From an uncultured Desulfobacteraceae bacterium (lineage in GTDB: Bacteria; Desulfobacterota; DSM-4660; Desulfatiglandales; HGW-15), in NCBI GenBank assembly GCA_964526655.1, contig CAZGIZ010000002.1, positions 3,291 to 67,290 of the forward strand: 64,000 nt of DNA, given 5' to 3'. How positions within the stretch are numbered: the stretch's first letter is position 1; every line of letters starts with the position of its first letter. The translations under genes and the position numbers were made by a program. The notes beneath the pieces were generated by a model. That model did not search any database, had not been told where the DNA came from, and worked only from the letters and a program-made list of their open reading frames with translations. Shown here piece after piece: positions 54,774 through 64,000 of the stretch.

Positions 54774-55732
54774 GTCTTCGAGATAATCTCTTTAAAATAT
54801 TTAATAGTCTTTTCCAAGCCCTCTTCAAGGCTGGTTCTGGGCTCCCATCCGAGCCTTTCCTTTGCAAGGCCGATTTCAGGCCTGCGTCTTTTGGGATCAT
54901 CCATTGGTTGGGGGAAAAACTCGATTTTCGACTTGGATTTCGTGAAGCCAATGATAAGCCGGGCGAGGTCAAGGATCTTGAATTCCGATGGATTACCCAG
55001 ATTTACAGGGCCGATAAAGTCATCAGGGCCGTTCATCATCTTTATGATGCCGTCGATCATGTCGTCAATAAAACAGAATGATCGTGTCTGGTTTCCATCC
55101 CCAAAGATTGTAATAGGCTCGCCTCTTAAGGCCTGAACGATAAAGTTACTTACAACCCTCCCGTCATTCGGATGCATTCGAGGCCCGTAGGTATTGAAGA
55201 TGCGCACAACCCTGATATCAACATTATTCTGCCTGTAGTAATCAAAAAACAGTGTTTCCGCACATCGCTTTCCTTCATCGTAACAGGCCCTAAGACCTAT
55301 CGTGTTCACATTTCCCCAGTATTCCTCCCCCTGGGGATGTACGGCCGGATCACCATAGATTTCACTGGTAGAGGCCTGAAGTATCCTGGCCTTCACTCTC
55401 TTGGCAAGCCCCAACATGTTGATGGCACCCATGACACTTGTCTTTGTGGTCTTTACCGGATTATATTGATAGTGGACTGGAGAAGCAGGGCAGGCCAGAT
55501 TGTATATCTGATCAACTTCAAGAAAAATGGGATTGACCAAATCATGTCTTATGACCTCGAACCGCCTGTCATCCATCAGGTGAAAGATATTTCGTTTCTG
55601 TCCGGTAAAATAGTTATCGAGGCAGATTGCATAATGCCCCGCGTCCAATAATCTTTCGCAAAGGTGTGAACCGATGAAACCGGCCCCTCCGGTTACGAGG
55701 ATCCTTGTCCTGTCATAATTGTTAAGCCCCAT
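54770..55732 (-). CDS. UDP-glucuronate decarboxylase (UDP-xylose synthase), extended SDR
   Basis: [19 protein letters not shown] and YDEGKR catalytic region. 320 aa. Its stop overlaps the dxr start by 4 nt. Confidence 0.85.
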   Translation of the reverse strand: MGLNNYDRTRILVTGGAGFIGSHLCERLLDAGHYAICLDNYFTGQKRNIFHLMDDRRFEVIRHDLVNPIFLEVDQIYNLACPASPVHYQYNPVKTTKTSVMGAINMLGLAKRVKARILQASTSEIYGDPAVHPQGEEYWGNVNTIGLRACYDEGKRCAETLFFDYYRQNNVDIRVVRIFNTYGPRMHPNDGRVVSNFIVQALRGEPITIFGDGNQTRSFCFIDDMIDGIIKMMNGPDDFIGPVNLGNPSEFKILDLARLIIGFTKSKSKIEFFPQPMDDPKRRRPEIGLAKERLGWEPRTSLEEGLEKTIKYFKEIISKT

Positions 55733-55776
55733 AATTATCTGTGACTCCTCTTGTTTGCATTTTACCAGATATCAAT

Positions 55777-56595
55777 TCACGGCATGGTCCAGACAAGGAA
55801 TAAATAGAGTACGGGGATTGAAAAAAGGAGGCTGTCGATTCTGTCCAGGACCCCGCCATGCCCTGGGAGGATACTTCCCGAATCCTTTACTCCCTGACTC
55901 CTTTTTAACATGGATTCCGCAAGATCGCCCAGTTGTCCTATCGCGGATAGGGCCATAACCAGGATGATCACCCATGGATCAACGGGGCGCGGGCCTAATA
56001 TCCTGAGAAACAATATTGATATGATAACGCTGCATATGAGACCTCCAGCGGCCCCTTCCCACGTCTTTTTGGGGCTGATTGTTTCATAAAGCTTGTGTTT
56101 TCCAAAGAGCCTCCCGAAATAAAAGGCCCCGGTGTCGCTCGCAAAGGTCACGGACAACAGGAAAAAGATCCAGATACCCTTGACTGGATAATTGATAAGA
56201 TAAAACCGGTCGATAGGAATTAGCAGGGCGAGGGGCAATCCCACATATACAGGTCCCATGACCGCCTTTCCGATATCCGCAACAGTCTGCCCGTCAACGG
56301 GAGAATCCTTAAACAGGGAGAATATCATGGGGATTAAAACCATGAATATAATAATTACAATCAAAAAAAATACCTGCCCCCTGTAGAGGCTAATAAATAC
56401 TAAAAAGGTGAGGAGAAAGCAGGAGTACCGGATAAGCCTGGATAAACCTGGGGCCGCCACCCTGTAAAACTCATACTGACCGACAATTGAGACAAGAAAA
56501 AGCAGTGAATAAAAAATCCATCTGTGACCAAAGCCTATCAGATAGATCAGAATAGGTACAGCAACTAAACCGGTCAGCCATCTTTGAAAATGCAT
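55777..56595 (-). CDS. cdsA: phosphatidate cytidylyltransferase
   Basis: C-terminal signature SMLKRSQGVKDSGSILPGHGGVLDRIDS. Confidence 0.92.
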   Translation of the reverse strand: MHFQRWLTGLVAVPILIYLIGFGHRWIFYSLLFLVSIVGQYEFYRVAAPGLSRLIRYSCFLLTFLVFISLYRGQVFFLIVIIIFMVLIPMIFSLFKDSPVDGQTVADIGKAVMGPVYVGLPLALLIPIDRFYLINYPVKGIWIFFLLSVTFASDTGAFYFGRLFGKHKLYETISPKKTWEGAAGGLICSVIISILFLRILGPRPVDPWVIILVMALSAIGQLGDLAESMLKRSQGVKDSGSILPGHGGVLDRIDSLLFSIPVLYLFLVWTMP

Positions 56596-56625
56596 AATCC
56601 TTCTATGTCTTTTAGATTTTTCCGG

Positions 56626-57348
56626 CTATTCGCCCGCGGCGCCGAACCTTCTCTCCCTTTTTTGGAATTCCTCAATGGCCGAAAGGTATTCCTCTTTTCG
56701 AAAATCGGGCCACAGAGTGGGGGTAATAAAGATTTCCGTGTATTCAATCTGCCACAACATAAAATTGCTTAACCTGCACTCGCCGCTTGTTCGTATGAGG
56801 AGGTCAGGATCCGGCATCCCTGCCGTGTAAAGTGAATCGGAGATATGGTCTTCCGTAATCTCGTTTGGTTCAATCTCACCGGATTTCACCTTCCCGGCGA
56901 TCTTTTGAACCGCGTGCAATATCTCCTGTCTTCCTCCGTAACTCAGCGCTAAAGAAAGGACCATGTCCCTGTTTTCAGATGTATTTTCAATGGTTTCATA
57001 AACAAGCTTCTGGACATCTTTGGGGAGTTTATCAGTCCTCCCGATAGTCTGAAATCGTATCCCGTTTTCCATCATCTCATCCAGCTCGCTTCTGAGAAAC
57101 CGCTTCAGAATTCCCATCAGTGCATCGATCTCATACTTAGACCTTTTCCAGTTCTCCTCGGAAAACGCATAAAGAGTCAGCCAGGGAATACCAATTTCCC
57201 TGCTCGTTCTAACGATAACCCTGACGGATTCAGTACCCTCCTCGTGTCCCTTTATCCGGTTCATCATCCTTTGTCTGGCCCACCGGCCGTTTCCGTCCAT
57301 GATGACCGCGACATGAGTTGGTATTCTATTATTATCGATATTAGGCAT
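56626..57348 (-). CDS. uppS: di-trans,poly-cis-undecaprenyl-diphosphate synthase
   Basis: HVAVIMDGNGRWA, FSEENW.R and RTSGE.RLSNF. Confidence 0.95.
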   Translation of the reverse strand: MPNIDNNRIPTHVAVIMDGNGRWARQRMMNRIKGHEEGTESVRVIVRTSREIGIPWLTLYAFSEENWKRSKYEIDALMGILKRFLRSELDEMMENGIRFQTIGRTDKLPKDVQKLVYETIENTSENRDMVLSLALSYGGRQEILHAVQKIAGKVKSGEIEPNEITEDHISDSLYTAGMPDPDLLIRTSGECRLSNFMLWQIEYTEIFITPTLWPDFRKEEYLSAIEEFQKRERRFGAAGE

Positions 57349-57495
57349 ATCAGAATATAGGAAATATCATATACTTAATTGATGCTATTTACAACAGCAA
57401 AGGGATACAAACCTACGTCAGGTAAATGGGAGTCGGCGCAACTTCTCTGGACCTCTGTTGTGGAGAGAGGCCTTGTTGAATTTTGGAGGAGGAAT

Positions 57496-58053
57496 TTAGA
57501 ATTCGAGAATCTCTCTTTCTTTCTCAGCGGTTATTTTATCGATATTTTTAATAAATTCGTCTGTTATCTTTTGCACTTCGTCCTGGAAACGGTGCATTTC
57601 GTCTTCCGAGATCTCTTTTTCGTTCTTCAACTCTTTAAACATCTCATTAGCTTCACGGCGGTGATTACGTATGGAAATCTTTCCGTCTTCGGCCATCTTT
57701 CTCGCAAGTTTTGCCAGTTCCTTTCGACGTTCTTCGGTCAAGGGAGGTATGGAGATCCGGATGATCTTTCCGTCGTTCATCGGGGTCAGACCCAATTCAG
57801 ACTTTAAAATGCTTTTTTCCACCTCACCAATAATTGATTGATCCCATGGCTTGATGGTAATTAATCGGCTTTCAGGGACCGAAAGGGATGCGATCTGTTC
57901 CAGAGGCATCTGGGTCTCATAGCATTTGACCTTTATTCCATCGAGAAGGGCGGTTGAAGCCCGGCCGGTTCTCAGTCTTACGTAGTCTTTCCTGAGGGCC
58001 TCAACCGCGTTTGTCATCTTCTGACGTAATTCCTTAAGGATATCTTCATTCAT
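57496..58053 (-). CDS. frr: ribosome recycling factor
   Basis: 185 aa. LRTGRAS..LLD and IPPLTEERR. Confidence 0.95.
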   Translation of the reverse strand: MNEDILKELRQKMTNAVEALRKDYVRLRTGRASTALLDGIKVKCYETQMPLEQIASLSVPESRLITIKPWDQSIIGEVEKSILKSELGLTPMNDGKIIRISIPPLTEERRKELAKLARKMAEDGKISIRNHRREANEMFKELKNEKEISEDEMHRFQDEVQKITDEFIKNIDKITAEKEREILEF

Positions 58054-58781
58054 GTTTCTTCCCCTGATATTAATGTTCCGACATCCTGTCCTTTAACGAC
58101 CTTTACAATATTCCCTTTTTCACGGAGATTAAATACGATAATGGGCAGGTTTTGACCCATGGCAAGCGTCACGGCGGTCATGTCCATTACCTTTAGCCCC
58201 CTTTCCAGATATTCCTGGTAAGTCAGCCTCTTAAAGGGCTTGGACGAAGGGTTTTTCGCCGGATCGGAATCATAGACCCCGTTGACCTTGGTTGCCTTCA
58301 AAAGGACCTCTGCGTCAACCTCCACCGCCCTCAGGGCCGCAGCAGTGTCTGTGCTGAAAAAGGGATTTCCTGTGCCGCCCCCAAAAAGCACGATACGATT
58401 CTTTTCGAGATGCCTGATGGCCCTCTTCCTGATAAACGGCTCCGCTATCTTATTCATGTCAATCGCGGACATGATCCTGGTTTCTATTCCAAGGCCGTTG
58501 AGGGCCTCGCCCAGGGCAAGGGCATTAATTACTGTTGCCAACATTCCCATATGATCAGCAGGCGCGCGTCCCATGTCGTACTCGGACGAATTCAATCCTC
58601 GAAAAATATTTCCTCCCCCTATCACGATGGTCGTCTCCAGGCCCATATCATGTATCTTATGGATCTCACCCGCAACGGTTTTTAGCATGGCCGGATCAAT
58701 TCCGTATGGTCTGTCTCCCATCAGGGCCTCACCGCTCAATTTGAGCATGACGCGCCTGAACCTGACCCGGATATTATTCAT
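58050..58781 (-). CDS. pyrH: UMP kinase
   Basis: RVMLKLSGEAL, VIGGGNIFRG and TKV.GVY..DP. Confidence 0.95.
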   Translation of the reverse strand: MNNIRVRFRRVMLKLSGEALMGDRPYGIDPAMLKTVAGEIHKIHDMGLETTIVIGGGNIFRGLNSSEYDMGRAPADHMGMLATVINALALGEALNGLGIETRIMSAIDMNKIAEPFIRKRAIRHLEKNRIVLFGGGTGNPFFSTDTAAALRAVEVDAEVLLKATKVNGVYDSDPAKNPSSKPFKRLTYQEYLERGLKVMDMTAVTLAMGQNLPIIVFNLREKGNIVKVVKGQDVGTLISGEET

Positions 58782-59376
58782 TCGCCTCTCCTAATTGAAA
58801 GCGGACGAATCTATTGATAATTATGTTTTCTCCTGTCTTGGCTATCATTTCATTAAGGAGATCCTGTATCGTAATATCGGGATTTTTTACATATTGCTGC
58901 TCAAGGAGGGTTGACTCTGAATAGAACTTGTCCATCTTTCCTTCGACAATCTTTTCAATAACCTTTTCAGGTTTTCCGGTCTCCCTTGCCTGGGTGGAAT
59001 AGATCTCCCTCTCCTTTTCCAATATATCTGAAGGGATACCCTTCCGGTCAATGGCGATGGGATTGGTCGCAGCGATATGCATGGCTATATTCTTGACAAA
59101 TTCCGAAAAATCATCTGTTTTCGCCGAAAAATCGGTTTCACAATTTATTTCCACAAGGACTCCGATCTTACCGCCTGTATGGATGTATGATTGTATCTGA
59201 CCTTCGGTAGTGGTGCGGCCACCCCTCTTTTTTGCGGTTGCGATCCCTTTCTTTCTGAGATAATCGATGGACTGATCCATGTCCCCGTTGCATTCCTTAA
59301 GGGCCTCTTTACAGTCCATTATTCCTACCCCTGTCCTCTCCCGTAATTCCTTTACTAATGATGCTGATATTTCCAA
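58774..59376 (-). CDS. tsf: translation elongation factor Ts (short form)
   Basis: ISASLVKELRERTGVGIMDCKEAL. 200 aa. Confidence 0.93.
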   Translation of the reverse strand: MEISASLVKELRERTGVGIMDCKEALKECNGDMDQSIDYLRKKGIATAKKRGGRTTTEGQIQSYIHTGGKIGVLVEINCETDFSAKTDDFSEFVKNIAMHIAATNPIAIDRKGIPSDILEKEREIYSTQARETGKPEKVIEKIVEGKMDKFYSESTLLEQQYVKNPDITIQDLLNEMIAKTGENIIINRFVRFQLGEANE

Positions 59377-59380
59377 TTTG

Positions 59381-60232
59381 CTACTCCTCTATTATGTCTT
59401 CCCTGTCTTCTTTTTTATCCCTTTTGGCAACAATGATCACTTCAGGGCCTTCCTTCTCCCGTTCATCACCAGCGGGCTCCATCACTTCCGGCTGAGCTTC
59501 CGCTGACTTTTTTTCCTCCTCCGCCTCGGCCCTCAACCTCTCTTCAGCCAGCTCATGACCGCTAATGCAGGCATCGGCTATCTTCGAACAGATCAATTTA
59601 ATGGATCTGATAGCATCGTCATTACCGGGAATAATGTAGTCTATATCGTCTGGATCGCAGTTGGTATCCGTAATGGCAATCACGGGTATACCCATTTTTT
59701 TTACCTCCTTAACAGCGATATGCTCCCTTTTAGGGTCCACTATAAAGACCGCTCCCGGCAGTTCATCCATATCTTTTATGCCGCCCAGGTTCTTATCGAG
59801 CTTGAAGAGCTCCTTCTCCATCTTTAATATCTCTTTTTTTGTATAACGATTAATTGAGCCGTCCGTTTTCATACCTTCCAGTTCCTTTAACCGTGCGATA
59901 CTTTTTCTTATGGTCTGAAAATTGGTCAGAGTTCCACCGAGCCAGCGGTTTACCACATAAAACATGCCGCAACGTTCGCTCTCCGATATAATCGCATCAT
60001 GACTCTGTTTTTTCGTCCCTACAAAAAGAACTGAATAACCTTCCGATACTGTTCGAACAATAAAATTATGTATCTCATTAAAAAGGCCGACTGTTTTTTG
60101 AAGATCTATAATATGGATTCCATTACGCGATCCAAAAATATAGGGCTTCATCTTGGGGTTCCAACGCCTTGTCTGGTGCCCGAAATGGACGCCCGCCTCA
60201 AGTAACTCCTTCATGTTTAATACTGGTGCCAT
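59381..60232 (-). CDS. rpsB: 30S ribosomal protein S2 with acidic C-terminal extension
   Basis: [22 protein letters not shown]. The start is placed at MAPVLN after AGGAGG. The C-terminal ~60 aa are E/K-rich. Confidence 0.95.
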   Translation of the reverse strand: MAPVLNMKELLEAGVHFGHQTRRWNPKMKPYIFGSRNGIHIIDLQKTVGLFNEIHNFIVRTVSEGYSVLFVGTKKQSHDAIISESERCGMFYVVNRWLGGTLTNFQTIRKSIARLKELEGMKTDGSINRYTKKEILKMEKELFKLDKNLGGIKDMDELPGAVFIVDPKREHIAVKEVKKMGIPVIAITDTNCDPDDIDYIIPGNDDAIRSIKLICSKIADACISGHELAEERLRAEAEEEKKSAEAQPEVMEPAGDEREKEGPEVIIVAKRDKKEDREDIIEE

Positions 60233-60538
60233 CAATTCCTCCTGTTTCCATGAGACCCTCAAAGGTCTCTAACCCACGGTTGTACCTCCGTTCAGGACCT
60301 TGCATATTCCCATATGGTGGGGCACCGGGGCCAGTCCTGAACGTGCGAAATTATTGAGAAAAGATTTTTGATCCAGGTTGCAGGAATCGAAAAATCCATA
60401 ACCTATTATATTAATCATTATTAAACTCTATTTGCAAGAAAAAATTCAATGGGTTATTTGAACTTGAATACCCTTCCACCCCCCGTAGTAAAGCTAATGC
60501 AGGGGAAAGGTCGCTCCCCGGTTGGGCCCGGTCAAAAG

Positions 60539-60697
60539 GGAATATTGGAATACTGGAATGATTGAGTGCTGCCTGCCCCAGGCAGGGGGCCCGGAAAAGT
60601 AGGTCAATAGTAAAATTTCATTTGACAGAAAAGCCAATAAAGCGAATATATTAATCGCTTCCTTATTAAAATCAACATTCCAATACTCCAATATTCC
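60539..60697. repeat. 159-nt hairpin element with 21-nt GGAAT-oligo-repeat arms
   Basis: GGAATATTGGAATACTGGAAT (60539-60559) pairs with ATTCCAATACTCCAATATTCC (60677-60697). There are 19/21 Watson-Crick pairs on the + strand. Both mismatches are A-C, which gives 21/21 with G-U on the minus strand. Confidence 0.85.
60622..60650 (+). promoter_or_regulatory. sigma70-type promoter candidate inside the hairpin loop, facing the HD-domain gene
   Basis: TTGACA (60622-60627), 17 nt, AATATA (60645-60650). Confidence 0.3.
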
Positions 60698-60807
60698 ATT
60701 ATTCCATGTGCGGAGCAGAATCTCAGACATCGATAAAAGCTTTTATTATCAATAAGTTGTAGAAATATCGAGGGGTTCAATAATAGAGATCAGGATATTT
60801 GAATCAC

Positions 60808-61968
60808 ATGAAAGACCTAAATCAAATAAAAAACGAGCTTGATCAGGAGGAGAAAAAGAGATTCTCACCATGGGCATGCCTCAGCATCCAGGCAATCAGG
60901 AGACGAAGCGAAGAGAATATCGACAAGGGGCATAGACAGCATTTTTCCCTTGATACGGACAGGATCCTACACTCCCTGGCCTATTCCAGATATATCGATA
61001 AGACGCAGGTATTTTATCTGATTAAGAATGATCATATAACCCATCGTGTGCTCCATGTTCAATTGGTCTCAAAGATATCCCGCACTATCGGCCGCCTGCT
61101 CAGGCTTAACGAGGACCTGATTGAGGCCATATCCCTTGGCCATGACATCGGCCATGCCCCCTTTGGCCATGATGGGGAAAAATTTCTCTCCAGCCTTTCC
61201 GAGCGTTACGGGCTCGGGAAATTCCTCCATAATTTACAAAGCGTAAGGTTCCTGGAAAAAATCGAAAGAAAGGGTCGTGGCTGGAACCTGACGCTTCAGG
61301 TCCTTGACGGCATTTTGTGTCACGATGGCGAGGTCCATAGCCAGGCCCTGCGTCCTGAAGGAGAAAAGGATTTTCAGAAATTCAATAAAGAGATCAAGGA
61401 AAAAGAGAGCGACCCCATGATCGACCTTCTCCCCATGACCCTTGAGGGTTGCGTGGTGAGGATGGCTGATACCATAAGCTATATTGGAAGGGATATTGAA
61501 GATGCCATCAGACTCGGGCTTATTAAGAGATCCGACCTCCCTGAAGACTGCGTGCGTGTCCTGGGCGAGACTAACGGGACCATCGTCTACACCCTTGTTG
61601 AGGACCTTGTAGGCAACAGCCTGGATAAACCATATATATGTTTCAGCAGAGAGGTCGGCGAGGCGCTCGAAAAGCTCAAGGAGTTTAACCGGGAAAATGT
61701 CTATGCGAGCGAGCTAAGCTGGAAACAGACTGCAAAGATTAAATTGATGTTTGAGCTGATGTTTGAGAAGTATCTGGATGACCTGGAAAAGGGGAATGAA
61801 AGTTCCGATATCTACAGGGAATACATGGAAGGCATGTCTCTGGACTACCTGAAAGACGCTTTAAACGCTGAAATAGTGCGTGACTTTATTGCGGGCATGA
61901 CAGATGAATACTTTCTGGCCCAGTGCAGGAGAGAGTTTTTCCCCCAGATAAGATCGAAACTTTTTTAA
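60808..61968 (+). CDS. dGTPase-like HD-domain phosphohydrolase
   Basis: RTRLTHSLEV-type region (HITHRVLHVQLV), HDIGHAPFGHDGE and a C-terminal DYIAGMTD-like motif (DFIAGMTDEY). ATG at 60808; the ORF opens with TTG at 60799. Confidence 0.85.
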   Translation: MKDLNQIKNELDQEEKKRFSPWACLSIQAIRRRSEENIDKGHRQHFSLDTDRILHSLAYSRYIDKTQVFYLIKNDHITHRVLHVQLVSKISRTIGRLLRLNEDLIEAISLGHDIGHAPFGHDGEKFLSSLSERYGLGKFLHNLQSVRFLEKIERKGRGWNLTLQVLDGILCHDGEVHSQALRPEGEKDFQKFNKEIKEKESDPMIDLLPMTLEGCVVRMADTISYIGRDIEDAIRLGLIKRSDLPEDCVRVLGETNGTIVYTLVEDLVGNSLDKPYICFSREVGEALEKLKEFNRENVYASELSWKQTAKIKLMFELMFEKYLDDLEKGNESSDIYREYMEGMSLDYLKDALNAEIVRDFIAGMTDEYFLAQCRREFFPQIRSKLF

Positions 61969-61978
61969 TCTATTAAAG

Positions 61979-62719
61979 ATGAATAGCTGTAACTCCCAAG
62001 CAATCATCATGCGAATTAAAGAGATTGGAGAATCAGATCTTCTGGTAACATTTCTGACCCCTGACAGGGGTCGTTTAAGGGGTATCGCCAAGGGCGCCCG
62101 TAGGAGCCGGAAACGTTTTGTCAATTGTCTCGATATCTTTTCTCTTGTAAATCTTGAATACGTATCCAGGAAGGGAGGCCTGTATCTCATCAATTCAGGC
62201 AAACTCGTTGACTCCTTTCCAGGACTCAGGAGGAATTTCTCAATCCTTTCAAGGGCAAGCTACATGGTCGAGCTTACGGAGATACTTTTTCCCTGGGAAT
62301 TACCCGACCGGAATATCTTTGAGATATTGAAAAAGAGTTTCCACTTGCTCTCAGAAGGGAAAAGGATTGATCTGATTCCCCTGTTCTTCGAGGTCGTTGC
62401 CATGTCCCTGGGCGGATATGGCATTAACCTTGAAAAATGCTGTGTCTGCGCGAGAAAATACGCTGGCGAGGGAAAGGCGGTGTTCAAACCTGAGAAAGGA
62501 GGAATCGCCTGTATGAGATGTCAACAGGTTACTGCAGCGACACCTGGAATAAGCCCGGACTCGGTCAATATAATAGGGCTTATGCAATCAGGGTCCATCG
62601 CCGCCTTTGAAGAGATGGATGTTCCTTATGAAGCCATCATGGAGATAAGGCCCATACTCAAGCTTCACAGGGAGTATCACCTGGGACAAAGGCCGAGGAC
62701 GGCTAATTACCTGGATTAG
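61979..62719 (+). CDS. recO: DNA repair protein RecO
   Basis: N-terminal OB fold (..GESDLLVTFLT...G...G.AKGARRS..RF) and a C-terminal Cys4 zinc motif (CCVC...CMRC). Confidence 0.88.
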   Translation: MNSCNSQAIIMRIKEIGESDLLVTFLTPDRGRLRGIAKGARRSRKRFVNCLDIFSLVNLEYVSRKGGLYLINSGKLVDSFPGLRRNFSILSRASYMVELTEILFPWELPDRNIFEILKKSFHLLSEGKRIDLIPLFFEVVAMSLGGYGINLEKCCVCARKYAGEGKAVFKPEKGGIACMRCQQVTAATPGISPDSVNIIGLMQSGSIAAFEEMDVPYEAIMEIRPILKLHREYHLGQRPRTANYLD

Positions 62720-62940
62720 ACGCCTTTCCCATGATCCGCCTGTAATATCTTCAGGATCTCCGCTGTAAGTTCATCGCTGTCAAAAGAGAATGATACTCTT
62801 CCATGGGCCACTTCAAAAGAAACGAGACGGCATTTATATCCTTCAGCCACCTCCTCCAACAGCTCCCGGAAGCTGCCTGCCACGGGGTGCTCAGGACTAT
62901 CAACGTCCTCTTCAAACATATCCACTTCTATGACACCCAA
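62716..62940 (-). CDS. hypothetical small acidic protein (74 aa)
   Basis: Follows the FG-GAP gene by 15 nt on the same strand. No motif recognised. Confidence 0.4.
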   Translation of the reverse strand: MGVIEVDMFEEDVDSPEHPVAGSFRELLEEVAEGYKCRLVSFEVAHGRVSFSFDSDELTAEILKILQADHGKGV

Positions 62941-62955
62941 AAATGCCTATCCTTT

Positions 62956-64000
62956 TTACTCAAACCATACAATATGTCCCGAACCGCTGGATATGTAAGA
63001 ACGCTTTCCCTTTTGTGTAGCCAGATAGAGTGTCTTGCCGTCGGTCTGCATATCGACGATGCACTCCCTGACAGTCGGGGACGTCCATATCTGAGTTAGT
63101 CCTGTACCATCTGCCTTGAATGCGATCACCACACCTTTTGTATAGAGCTTCAAGTCGGCCAAAATTCCAAGCTCGGCATCATTTTTGACGACCAGGACCT
63201 CTTCCCTGCCGTCCCTGTCGATATCCATCAGGACCACCCTGCTGTTTAGCTCAAAGGATGGTTTAGGAGGGGTATACTGATCTCTCTCCTCCTGAATGGC
63301 ATGGTTCGTGCCCCCCAGCCTTTCACCGCTGTCCCACAGGCTCTTTCCTCCCTGGTCCCAGATATGGAGGTAGGAATCACTGCCAAGGCCTATATACTCC
63401 ATATTGCCGTCCCTGTTGACATCGAAAAAGGTTAGGGTGTAGATCTGCACCTTTTTCAAATTTGACAAGGGCTCCTTCCGGGTCAACCCGCTCCCGGAAT
63501 ACTCCATAAGGTATATGTCCCCGTAAAAGGGCTCATCGGTCCTGGAATTCTGAAAGAGCAGGAGGGGCCTGTCTTGAAAGGGCGCCCTGATGAGTCTCAC
63601 ATTGCCGTCAATGTCAAAAAGCTTTTTAAATGTCCCCTCCCATTCCCAGACCACGGTCCTTATCCTCTTTCCGTAAAGGCTAACGAGATAGATCTCCGGC
63701 CTGCCGTTCATGTCCGCATCCCCTGCACTCACTTTCAGAAAAATCTCTCCATGGGATGGTTCGAGGCTGTCCTTAAGGACATGCTTCCCCTCTTTATTGG
63801 AATAGATCTGCAGCTCCTGCAGGCCTAGGACCAGCCATTCCAAAGCCCCGTCTCCATTTAAATCGGCCATATCAAAGGCCCCTACAGTCATACCGGATAT
63901 AGACTTTTCACCCTTCTTTGTAAGACCCCTGACCGGCTCCGGCGAGGCAGAAGGGAATTCTGCAATCCTTGCGGGAACGTAGGGCCTGCCCTCTATTATC
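62956..64000 (-). CDS. FG-GAP/VCBS-repeat beta-propeller protein (5' end outside the window)
   Basis: Repeated D.N.DG...E/D motifs (DLNGDGALEW, DADMNGRPEIY, DVNRDGNMEY, DIDRDGREEV). The reading frame stays open upstream of the first Met to the window edge. Confidence 0.7.
   Translation of the reverse strand, partial: IIEGRPYVPARIAEFPSASPEPVRGLTKKGEKSISGMTVGAFDMADLNGDGALEWLVLGLQELQIYSNKEGKHVLKDSLEPSHGEIFLKVSAGDADMNGRPEIYLVSLYGKRIRTVVWEWEGTFKKLFDIDGNVRLIRAPFQDRPLLLFQNSRTDEPFYGDIYLMEYSGSGLTRKEPLSNLKKVQIYTLTFFDVNRDGNMEYIGLGSDSYLHIWDQGGKSLWDSGERLGGTNHAIQEERDQYTPPKPSFELNSRVVLMDIDRDGREEVLVVKNDAELGILADLKLYTKGVVIAFKADGTGLTQIWTSPTVRECIVDMQTDGKTLYLATQKGKRSYISSGSGHIVWFE

Noticed and set aside
60494-60730. 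78-aa minus-strand ORF in the rpsB / HD-gene spacer
   Set aside because: It spans both arms of the GGAAT-repeat hairpin, which produce WNNGILEYWN and IPVFQYSLL. It is therefore generated by the inverted repeat itself and has no RBS.

Overview
This 64-kb window appears to come from an anaerobic, syntrophic-type deltaproteobacterium (Syntrophia/Desulfobacterota-like). That assignment is an inference from gene content and order, not a database hit. I call about 70 CDS and one tRNA. I see no rRNA, CRISPR array, IS element or prophage.

Most of the window is housekeeping:
- purC, grpE-dnaK, tatBC, argS, alr, trpB2-type trpB, pyrG, der, fabD.
- A long minus-strand block: rpsB-tsf-pyrH-frr-uppS-cdsA-(UDP-xylose synthase)-dxr-rseP-tsaB ... 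pssA-rsmD-coaD-IHF.
- recO.

Accessory or more interesting content:
1. An Ogt/MGMT alkyltransferase whose catalytic Cys codon is an in-frame TGA followed by a SECIS-like hairpin. This is a candidate selenoprotein and the best single finding.
2. An AT-rich envelope cluster at the left edge. Two paralogous TMTC-like GT-C/TPR membrane glycosyltransferases bracket a radical-SAM/SPASM enzyme and a UbiA-family prenyltransferase.
3. A had-oah(bamA)-dch benzoyl-CoA lower-pathway cluster, flanked by an SDR and a three-domain OYE/FAD enzyme.
4. Two tandem MotB-like proteins with no MotA partner, next to a 786-nt gene-free, repeat-filled region.
5. Interspersed structured repeats that sit at a fixed 15-16 nt (18 nt for a related hairpin) upstream of TTGACA hexamers. 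These include a 134-nt MITE-like element present in two near-identical inverted copies plus a partial third, and several long hairpins built from 7-nt oligo-repeats.

All calls rest on hand reading of the ORF translations and the nucleotide sequence. No searches were run.
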